Below are positions 1-8,423 of a DNA stretch of 23,248 nucleotides, in pieces. This DNA is from Octopus sinensis (taxonomy: Eukaryota): the NCBI RefSeq assembly GCF_006345805.1, contig NW_021824981.1, positions 1-23,248 on the forward strand, given 5' to 3'. The stretch's first letter is position 1, and each line of letters opens with the position of its first letter. Made by a program: the position numbers and the translations under genes. Under the pieces are notes generated by a model. It searched no databases and was not told where the DNA came from. It saw only the letters and a list, made by a program, of their open reading frames with translations.

Positions 1-421
1 GCTGGACGAGCAAAAGGTTTTGTTGCTGGCTTTTCAAGAGATATTCAAACTTTTCTCCGAGTTTACATTATATGAAAGCTCCTTTAGATATTTTCTTGGC
101 TGGAAGTATTTATTCAAGTCTTGCAATATGATGTTGTTTACCATTTGGGGGGGTCTGTCTTCAAATAATTTGCTGAGTGTGGGGTTTAAAGCTTGATAAA
201 CTACATTTACTGACAAGAGATTCAAAATTTTAGAGGAAGCGAAATGAAAATAAATTTTATTGGTTTTGTCCGGAAGCATTTATACCAGAGCCAAACCTCA
301 CCCCAACCACCGGTTCGGAGATCATTTAGTTCCGGACCGCACACACAGAATAAATATTAAAATGTTCTTTTACTGACTTTCGCTGTCTGTAGAGAGTTTT
401 TGCATTATGCATACAGGGTGG

Positions 422-1082
422 AAGGCGGCGAGCTGGCAGAAACGTTAGCACGCCGGGCGAAATGCTTTGCGGTATTTCGTCTGCCACTACGTTCTGAGTT
501 CAAATTCCGCCGAGGTCGACTTTGCCTTTCATCCTTTCGGGGTCGATTAAATAAGTACCAGTTACGCACTGGGGTCGATGTAATCGACTTAATCCGTTTG
601 TCTGTCCTTGTTTGTCTCCTCTATGTTTAGCCCCTTGTGGGTAGTAAATAAATATGTATTTCGTCTACCGCTACGTTCTGAGTTCAAATTCCGCCGAGGT
701 CGACTTTGCCTTTCATCCTTTCGGGGTCGATTAAATAAGCACCAGTTACACACTGCGGTCGATATAATCGACTTACTCCGTTTGTCTGTCCTTGTTTGTC
801 CTCTCTGTGTTTAGCCCCTTGTGGGTAGTAAAGAAATAGGTATTTCATCTGCCGTTACATTCTGAGTTCAAATTCCGCCGAGGTCGACTTTGCCTTTCTC
901 CCTTTTGGGGTCGATATATTAAGTACCGTTACGCACTGTGAGTGGATTTGGTAGACAGAAACTGAAAGAAGTAACTGAAAGAAGTATCATTTATGCACTG
1001 GGGTCGATGTAATCGACTTAATCCCTGTGTCTGTCCTTCTTTGTCCCGTCTATGTTTAGCCCCTTGTGGGTAATAAAGAAAT
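422..1082 (+). mobile_element. Tandem trimer of tRNA-derived SINE family A (one full unit plus two 5'-truncated units)
   Basis: Head AAGGCGGCGAGCTGGCAGAAACGTTAG (A-box-like) and GTTCAAATTCC (B-box-like). GTATTTC(G/A)TCT recurs at 472, 656 and 840, an exact 184-bp period. Homologous copies lie at 16935-17158 and 20277-20899. Confidence 0.9.
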
Positions 1083-1099
1083 AAGAAACTGATTCCTCA

Positions 1100-1207
1100 G
1101 TATATCGCGGGTTTCTGCGGCCGATAGGTATTTATAACTTTTTAGATTTTAGTTATTTCCGTAGGAAGTTTTGGAACGTAACACCCACGACACGCGAGGG
1201 ATTACTG
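1100..1207. mobile_element. Single end of a Tigger/pogo-like DNA transposon
   Basis: The reverse complement starts CAGTAATCCCTCGCGTGTCGTGGGTGTTACGTTCCAAAAC, resembling Tigger-type terminal inverted repeats (TIRs), and is followed by TA at 1208-1209. No partner TIR found. Confidence 0.55.
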
Positions 1208-1276
1208 TATATATATATACATACATATATATATATATGTATATATATATATAATACATACATGCATATATAATAT

Positions 1277-1630
1277 ATGGTTCCGTGTTCAGTCCCACTG
1301 CGTGGCAATCTTGGGCAAGTGTCTTCTGCTATAGCCCCGGGCTGACCAATGCCTTGTGAGTGGATTTGGTAGACGGAAACTGAAAGAAGCCTGTCGTATA
1401 TATGTATAATATATAATGTATGTGTGTGTTTGTGTGTCTGTGTTTGTCCCCTTAGCATTGCTTGACAACGATGCTGGTGTTTTTACGTCCCCGTCACTTA
1501 GCGGTTCGGCAAAAAGAGACCGATAGAATAAGTACTGGGCTTACAAAAAGAATAAGTCTCGGGGTCGAGTTGCTCGACTAAAGGCGGTGCTCCAGCATGG
1601 CCGCAGTCAAATGACTGAAACAAGTAAAAG
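1277..1630 (+). mobile_element. SINE family B, 5'-truncated, with an internal (TA)/(TG) microsatellite
   Basis: GTTCAGTCCCACTGCGTGGC...TGAGTGGATTTGGTAGACGGAAACTGAAAGAAG...CAGCATGGCCGCAGTCAAATGACTGAAACAAGTAAAAG, matching copies at 11889-12472, 16643-17206 and 21626-22285. Confidence 0.88.
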
Positions 1631-1637
1631 AAAGAAA

Positions 1638-1639
1638 GA

Positions 1640-1706
<67 letters not shown>

Positions 1707-1710
1707 TATT
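1638..1710. repeat. (TA)n microsatellite
   Basis: Near-perfect TA run seen directly. Confidence 0.95.
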
Positions 1711-1930
1711 ATTAGGGAGAGAGATGTGAGATATTCAGTGAGATTTTTGTAGCTATCTGTGTCCCAGACCGAGGTACAGTCCAAACCTGACCATCTCTTT
1801 GGCCACCCTTCCGTTTCCTTGTCACCCGGGTGGCTGTCAAACACTTACTACCAAACAACTGTCGTCTGGCTGGTTTGTTTCTTGGTTGGTTGTCGCTCAC
1901 GTCATCAAATCTCTTGCTGCTTCTGCTGTT

Positions 1931-2325
1931 GCTGCTGCTGCTGCTGTTGTTGTTGTTGTTGAGCGAAGCGGTCTTCGTCCTCTTGGGAGAAGTCCGAAAC
2001 GTGGTCCTTTGCTATTCGTAAAACCCGCAGAAGAGAAAGCAGGTCACCCCCCACCCTCCGACACCGAGAGCATCGACGGATGGATGAATGCGCATCCAGG
2101 CTCAGCAGTTGCGTAGGAAGTCGGGGACAAGAAACAGGAAGAAAGAGTGAGAGAAAGTTGTGGCGAAAGAGTACAACAGGAGTCGCCACTACCCACTGCC
2201 GGAGCCTCGTGGAGCTTTAGGTGTTTTCGCTCAATAAACACACACAACGCCCGGTCTGGGAATCGAAACCGCGATCATCCGACCGCGAGTCCACTGCCCT
2301 AACCATTGGGCCATTGCGCCTCCAC
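1931..2325 (-). mobile_element. SINE family C, alternative-tail variant ending in (CAA/CAG)n
   Basis: tRNA-like head GTGGAGGCGCAATGGCCCAATGGTTAGGG...GGTTTCGATTCCC at the right end. About 200 bp is shared with 2874-3263 and 11350-11731, then the tail differs. 16-bp TSD TGCTG(C/T)TTCTGCTGTT at 1915-1930 and 2326-2341. Confidence 0.82.
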
Positions 2326-2352
2326 TGCTGTTTCTGCTGTTTCTCAAGTGTC

Positions 2353-2408
2353 CTGTCGTCTGGTTGCCTGTCGTCTGGTTGCCTGTCGTCTGGTTGCCTG
2401 TCGTCTGC
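2353..2408. repeat. 15-bp minisatellite CTGTCGTCTGGTTGC x3.7
   Basis: Three perfect units at 2353, 2368 and 2383 plus a partial unit. A related motif CTGTCGTCTGG lies at about 1859. Confidence 0.95.
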
Positions 2409-2635
2409 TTCTCTCCAAACTACTCGCTTTCGTCCCGTCCTTTCCCCTGATAGATTGACTCTCACTTTTCATCATTTATAGCGTATTTGTTTGTAAAAAT
2501 CCGCTCTAGATGAGTGTGAGAAATCTGCGAAACATTGAAAGAATGGTAAAAGCAGTACCAACACAAATTAGATTTCTAGTATATTTACGAAGGCCTGTAC
2601 CCAATATAGTAGTAACGTTCCTTCCCTGAGTCATA

Positions 2636-2830
2636 ACAACTCAGAAGGCCAGTTTCCTAGTTTTTCTGGTGTATATATTTGCCCCAACTGGATGGGACGC
2701 CTGTCCGTCGAGGATTGGAGCAACGTGAAATGAAGTATTTTGCTGAAGAACACAACACGTCGCCCGGTTCAGGAATCGAAATCACAATTTTACGATCATG
2801 AAGGTAACACCCTAACCACTAAGCCACGTG
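2636..2830 (-). mobile_element. tRNA-derived SINE family D (degenerate)
   Basis: The minus strand reads CACGTGGCTTAGTGGTTAGGGTG (A-box-like)...GATTTCGATTCCTGAACCGGGCG (B-box-like), then a body ending GGAAACTGGCCTTCTGAG. Confidence 0.7.
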
Positions 2831-2873
2831 AAAAACATTGAAAATACATTACAGACTGTATTATACTGACAAT

Positions 2874-3263
2874 GGAATGGAAGCACTCCGTCGGTTACAA
2901 CGATGAGGGTTCCGGTTGATCCGAATCAACGGAACATCCTGCTCGTGAAATTAACGTGTAAGTGGCTGAGCACTCCACAACACGTGCACCCTTAACGTAG
3001 TTCTCGGGGATATTCAGCGTGACACAGAGATGACAAGGCCGGCCCTTTGAAATACAGGTACAACAGAAACAGGAAGTAAGAGTGAGAGAAAGTTGTGGTG
3101 AAAGAGTACAGGCAGGGATCACCACCATCCCCTGCCGGAGCCGCGTGGAGCTTTTAGTGTGTTTTTCGCTCAATAAACACTCACAACGCCCGGTCTGGGA
3201 ATCGAAACCGCGATCCTATGACCGCGAGTCCGCTGCCCTAACCACTGGGCCATTGCGCCTCCA
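2874..3263 (-). mobile_element. Full-length SINE family C, tail ending (CCATT)n
   Basis: tRNA-like head at the right end, colinear with 11350-11731. 9-bp TSD ACTGACAAT at 2865-2873 and 3268-3276. Confidence 0.9.
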
Positions 3264-3461
3264 AATAACTGACAATAATACAGAAAGGAATATAAATGCA
3301 TGCGAGTGTCATAAATGCTTTATTATGTTATAAAGGCTTACCCCCAAAATTTAAAACCAAGTATAATAATTTTTAGGAAAGAATACAGGGTTTATAAGAC
3401 GGGGATCATAACAAGAATGAGAAAAACGAGAAAATGAAACGATTAAGTCTCTGTGATTAAT

Positions 3462-3463
<2 letters not shown>

Positions 3464-3511
<48 letters not shown>

Positions 3512-3530
3512 GAGAGAGAGAGAGAGAAAG
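3464..3530. repeat. (GT)n(GA)n compound microsatellite
   Basis: Seen directly. A further (GA)n run lies at about 3652-3712. Confidence 0.95.
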
Positions 3531-3858
3531 GGAAGAGGGTGATAAATGAGCGGATGGGGAGATGAAACAGTCAAAAGGGAAAAGAGCAGAGTAAATGGGA
3601 TGAGAATGGAATAATGGATGAGATAAAAAAATTTAAAGAAAAGATGAAGGTAGAGAGAGAGCGACATGGAGAGAGAGAGAGAGAGAGAGATGGAGAGAGA
3701 GAGAGAAAGAGGGGAGATGAATGAAGGAACAATATAGGTGAAAGGCTATAATGAACGCTTCCATAGGTATGAAGTTGAAGTCCTCAACTTATTTGTAAGA
3801 TCTGATGTTCTTAAGAGAACTAAAAGAGACTGATGCGAGATGAAACGAAACTGAACAA

Positions 3859-4110
3859 ATGGTTATTTTGAAAGGCAACAGAAACAATGGAATAACTCCT
3901 CCATTGAAGAAAGAGAGGCAAGATTGAAAAGAAATATTTTTGCTTGAGACATGAAACTAATTTTATACAACAAAAATGAACAAGAGAAGGGGGTTTAGAA
4001 CAATGGCGCGTAATTAGTATAACGCTTTTGCATTTGTTGCTGCGTTATCTCGGTTCAATTATGCTGCAGAGAAATCTATTCAACTTGGACCTTCTGTATC
4101 ACCAATGTCA
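3859..4110 (+). pseudogene. Possible degraded Helitron protein N-terminal region
   Basis: Hand translation across stops and frameshifts gives QWNNSSIEEREARLKRN and FNYAAEKSIQLG. These resemble, from memory, the charged repeats and the DY..DKSI.IG segment before the Helitron zinc-binding motif. No Rep or helicase motifs seen. Confidence 0.35.
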
Positions 4111-4601
4111 CATTTATTTGATTTAGAAACTAAATTGAAAAAGCGACATCATCGAATGAGCGATGCAGAGTTTGTGAATGTGGATTAAGAGAATTATAAA
4201 CAACGTCTTTAAAGTAAATTTCGAAAGCAGCCATAAACGAAAGCTGCTACGAACTGAAGACAGAGATCACGGGAGATCATAAAAATATGACCATTGATAA
4301 TAAAGCTAAATTAGTTTCAACACAATGTCTACATTATTACACATTGCATTCACTATAAAATCCACGTTGTTTAGAGGCTGCCTCAATATTTACAAAGAAG
4401 CTATTATTTGGTACAGTGAATCCGTGAAAAACTGCAACACCGACCAAATCGGTAAATGTTCTTATTTACAGAGTAAGATATACAAAGCGAATGGTTTATC
4501 TCAAAATCTTTCTTGATCCTTTTGCCAATTAGTAATCTCTACCAGAAAACAGATAAATAAATAAATAAATGGGGGGGGGGGCGACATCGGAGGGGCGATG
4601 C

Positions 4602-5136
4602 ATACCCTGCGAGCAGGTAAATTTTTTCGCAAATTATAGTGTGGCTTAGAGTGCGTTGTTTACACATGCTTTTTAATTGAAGTGAATTAAGTTTTTTTTT
4701 AAGTATCACCATTATAGGTATTTATACACCTGTGAAATCAAGAAATCAACTCGTAAATAAACGAAACCCCCAAATTCATCACTGTACACACACGTACACA
4801 CATACATACGCACACATATACACACATACATTCGCATATGTATGTATGTACGCACACGTGTCTGCGCGCATAGGTACACACGTGTACACACGCAGACGAG
4901 GGTAGATTCATATGAAAAAGAAAGGGAACAAAATAATATGACCACTTGCTTATCGGGAAATTTGTAAGTTCGACTTAAAAAAGTTTTTTTTCTTCAAAGA
5001 TAACCAAACCAAATGTTCATCCTTTTGAGCCACTCACCCAAGGAGTATTTCTGCCAGTAATTTTGCAAACACACAGACAAACAGACAAAGACGAGTGATT
5101 ACAATACCCTGCTTTCGCTTACGCGCGCAGGGTAAT
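4602..5136 (+). mobile_element. DINE-1/HINE-like (Helentron-associated) non-autonomous element
   Basis: 5' hairpin ATACCCTGCGAGCAGGTA (4602-4619) and 3' hairpin TACCCTGC-TTTCGCTTACGCGC-GCAGGGTA (5105-5134), preceded by ACAGACAAACAGACAAAGAC. Internal CA/TA microsatellite at about 4785-4890. Confidence 0.6.
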
Positions 5137-5611
5137 TAAATAAAATAAAAATTGCCATAGAAAAATATAGAAAAGGAAAACAGGTGAAGGGTAAAATTTT
5201 GTTCTCTGCAAAGCACATACAAAGAAAATTAGCAGACGTTGAAGCAACGCTTTTTTTTTATTTTCTGTATTAACTACCCAATAATTTGTTCTCTATCTCT
5301 GTTTCTCTGTTTGTCTGTCTCTCTCTTTCACTCCTCTTCTATCTCTTTCTCTATCTTTATGTTCAGTAATGTTAAAATTAAAGTTACGATGACTATTGTC
5401 AAATTATAGTTTTATTTTTGTTTTCAAATTTTTATTTTGAATTTCATATTTTATACAAGCGATCTTCTCCAATTATTTAGTTCTCATCTGTGTATATGCA
5501 TATATTTTTTTAGTTTGCATATTGTACTGAAATTTTTAAAGTTTAAGAAGATTTAGGAGAGCTTTTTTAAAATTATATTTTTCTTTTCTTTTTTTGTTTT
5601 CAATAATTTTG

Positions 5612-6548
5612 TTGGAGTTATTATTGGAGAAATGAACGTCTGGGAGAACGAATACTTTGAACTGTCGAATTATAAAAAAAATACGAGATTTATTTTACAA
5701 AACGAATGAGTTTTGTTGTTAAAGAATGAAAGGCAGTTGACGGAATTAATGAAATAAAGATTTTACTGGGAAACAAATTGTCTTATTAGCCTTCATTTTA
5801 TAACATCGAATGGAGTTACAATAGATTTTTTTCCTCTATTACTCTTAAAAAGAACTTGTATGACTCAAACAATAAACAACTGAAACGGATAAATAAGATT
5901 ACGTGAAATATCAAACATCGTAAACTTGCTTCTTTCAAAAATTAAGGAAATTTTTATTCTAGAAGACGATATCTGTTAACTAAGTTATGATTTTATATTG
6001 AGGCAGCAGGCTATCGCTCAGACAATTATAATCCAGGCAAAGCTCACAAATATGAATACGTAGTATAACTGTTTAAGCTATGTAAGACGAACGGATGCTG
6101 TTGGAATGTCTCACAGTTGTTATGGAAAATAAATTACCTGATTTGAATGATTTTGGCACAGTAGTTGTCGAAATGGCAAAAGAATTGCTGCTAAATGAGG
6201 GAAGAATTTTGGAAGCTGACAACTAATATAGCTGCATTGAGTTAGAAACTTATTTGAATAATAAAAATACAAATTACTGTGGCGATGTGAAGCAAAATAG
6301 AAGCAAGGAACCGAATGTATGTGTGTAAAGCATCTGCAGAACTGAAAGAGGGGGAAATAAATAAGGAATAATGGAATTTTAGAATAGAAAAGGCGTCTTC
6401 ATGGTTTGTATCAAGTTTTCATGGAAATGGTATGAAGAAATTTACTAAAAGAGCATATCAAGGCAATGTGGTATCAAAAATTTGTCCGACTAACTTATAA
6501 CCGAGCACAGAGTGGAAATGATCTATAAATAAAATGATATCATATTAC
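5612..6548 (+). pseudogene. piggyBac (PGBD4-like) transposase relic, heavily disrupted
   Basis: Ordered motifs across stops and frameshifts: WSYNRFF, KIREI...EDDIC, YNPGKAHKY, LFKLCKTNGCCWN, EGRILEADN*YSC...TNYCGDVKQNR, YNRAQSGNDL...MISYY. These match the piggyBac DDD catalytic-domain layout. Confidence 0.85.
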
Positions 6549-6569
6549 ACACACACTCACGCACACACA

Positions 6570-6611
<42 letters not shown>

Positions 6612-6672
6612 TACACACACATACACACATACACACATACACACATACTCACACACACAGACACATACACAC
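6546..6672. repeat. (CA)n/(CATA)n microsatellite
   Basis: Seen directly. It begins exactly where the piggyBac homology ends. Confidence 0.95.
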
Positions 6673-6679
6673 AAATTAT

Positions 6680-6887
6680 CTTTTATCTTTGACGTGTTTC
6701 AGTCACTAGACTGCGGCCATGCTGGGGCACCGCCTTGAAGAATTTTAGTCGAATATATCGACTCCACTACTTATCGTTTTTAGAAACTGGTACTTATTCT
6801 ATCGGTCTCTTTATGCTGAGCCGCTAGAATGCGGGGACGTAAACACACCAGCACCCGGTTGTCAATCGATGGCTGAGGGGCAGACAC
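6680..6887 (-). mobile_element. SINE family B, 3' half
   Basis: TTTCAGTCACTAGACTGCGGCCATGCTGGGGCACCGCC...GGTACTTATTCTATCGGTCTC is the reverse complement of the B 3' half at 1440-1630. Confidence 0.8.
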
Positions 6888-7108
6888 GGATTGGATTGGA
6901 TTACCTATGTTCAGTCCGCTGCAAAACGAAGGCCTCAGCATGTTCTCTCCAACAACAACGGTTTGATGCGGAGGCGGTGAAATTGAACGTGAGATCAAAC
7001 TGGTTTGATGAGCTTACTCTGCCACACTGGCTCGACATAGCTTGGAAGAGAGGTGCAGCAGTTGGATACTCTTACCTAAATCGATTACATCAAACCCAGT
7101 GCTCAACT
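6888..7108 (-). mobile_element. 5'-truncated SINE-A-related element with an RTE-like tail and (CAATC)3 terminus
   Basis: The minus strand starts TAAGTACCAGTTGAGCACTGGGTTTGATGTAATCGA (A central domain) and ends GGCCTTCGTTTTGCAGCGGACTGAACATAGG(TAATC)(CAATC)2, resembling RTE-type LINE 3' ends. Confidence 0.55.
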
Positions 7109-7130
7109 GGTACTTATATACTATGCTATT

Positions 7131-7163
<33 letters not shown>

Positions 7164-7294
7164 AAATTCGCTATAGGTATAAAAATACCATAAACACACA
7201 CAATCATACACATACATACACACTCTCACACATACGCACAAACACACACACTCATACACACATACACGCAATCTTACACACACTCTCACGCACA

Positions 7295-7397
7295 CACATG
7301 CCGAAGCCTTCGTTCTGCAGCGGATTCAACATAGGCAATCCAATCCAATCCATGTTTGCCCGTCACCCATCCATTGACAACCGGTACTGGTGTGTTT
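7295..7397 (+). repeat. Inverted copy of 6841-6944 (RTE-like tail plus start of the B 3' half)
   Basis: Hand alignment gives about 13 differences in 100 bp against the reverse complement of 6841-6940. Confidence 0.85.
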
Positions 7398-7636
7398 TTG
7401 AAACGTGCGTATGTATTGAATTCAATTTTGATTTCAACATATTTTCTCCATTTTTATACTTGCTTATGGTATCTTTATACTTATAACGAATTTTTCCAAT
7501 TGTTATTTTCATATTCTTAATACTTGCTCTGGCTGATTTTTATTAATATGACGAATTTTTTTATTGCAAATTATTTTTTCTTTCTTTTTGGATCCTTCTA
7601 AAAGTTTGAATTGCTCCTTATGAAGTTATTTTTTCT

Positions 7637-7732
<96 letters not shown>
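7637..7732. repeat. (CA)n(TA)n compound microsatellite
   Basis: Seen directly. Confidence 0.95.
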
Positions 7733-7733
<1 letters not shown>

Positions 7734-8020
7734 AATAGTATTTTTACATAAGCTTAAAACTTATGGCGATCACCTTGCAATGATTAAGGAAAATAGTCTA
7801 ATAAAGGGGAATATAAGAAAAAAAAAACCTTCCTATCCGCGTGGGAAGGTAAATGTAACACACTTTGTTGCATTAACAAAGGGATGTGGGTTCATCTCCC
7901 ACGCGGATAAGAAAGCCTTCTTTTTCTGTCGAGGGCTTATATGCCCCTTTGTTAGACTATTTTTCTTAGTCAATGCACGGTGATCGCCCTAAGCTTTAAG
8001 CTTATATAAAAATACCATTA
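7733..8020. mobile_element. Palindromic (foldback) MITE-like element, about 290 bp
   Basis: The left arm TAATAGTATTTTTACATAAGCTTAAAACTTATGGCGATCACC... matches the reverse complement of the right arm along its whole length. The centre is CTTTGTT-GCATT-AACAAAG at 7863-7881, and the flanks are TA-rich. Confidence 0.8.
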
Positions 8021-8087
8021 TTATTATTTACAGGATTGTAAATCACGGCGCCTTAATAAAAAAAAAACATTCGCACCGGAAGCACAC

Positions 8088-8108
8088 ACATATATATATC
8101 TATATCAA

Positions 8109-8169
<61 letters not shown>

Positions 8170-8241
8170 CTCTATCTATTTCTCTCTCTCCCCCCCCCCT
8201 CTCTCTCTCTCTCTCTATCTATATATATATATATAATATAT
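8088..8241. repeat. (TA)/(TATC)/(TC) compound microsatellite
   Basis: Seen directly. A further TA run lies at 8375-8422. Confidence 0.95.
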
Positions 8242-8374
8242 ATATATATAACCCCACTAGAATGGGAGAAAGCGCTAATGATCTAAGTGATATGATATAT
8301 ATAAAAAATGTAATATACAAATAAATATCTGTAAATATAAACCATCCGATTTTCTGAGTACCTCATTTCTTCTA

Positions 8375-8423
<49 letters not shown>

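Noticed and set aside
310-338. Hairpin CGGTTCGGA...TCCGGACCG
   Set aside because: An isolated 9-bp stem with no Helitron CTRR end or other supporting context.
400-814. ORFs 400-630 and 608-814 sharing the peptide FRLPLRSEFKFRRGRLCLSSFRGRLNK
   Set aside because: They are translations of tandem SINE-A units. The same peptides appear wherever the SINE occurs (for example 20641-20898).
422-1082. CRISPR-like or prokaryotic array reading of the 184-bp tandem
   Set aside because: The units are contiguous SINE bodies without unique spacers, there are no cas genes, and the context is eukaryotic.
1596-1630. SINE-B tail AGTC-AAAT-GACT-GAAAC-AA-GTA resembles the right half of the 15392-15433 hammerhead
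   Set aside because: There is no CUGANGA or UUGANAA core upstream and no stem I. It is more simply a LINE-type 3' stem-loop.
6869-7486. 205-aa ORF, the longest in the track
   Set aside because: It runs through retroposon tails and CA/TA microsatellites (HT/IY repeats) with no domain signature.
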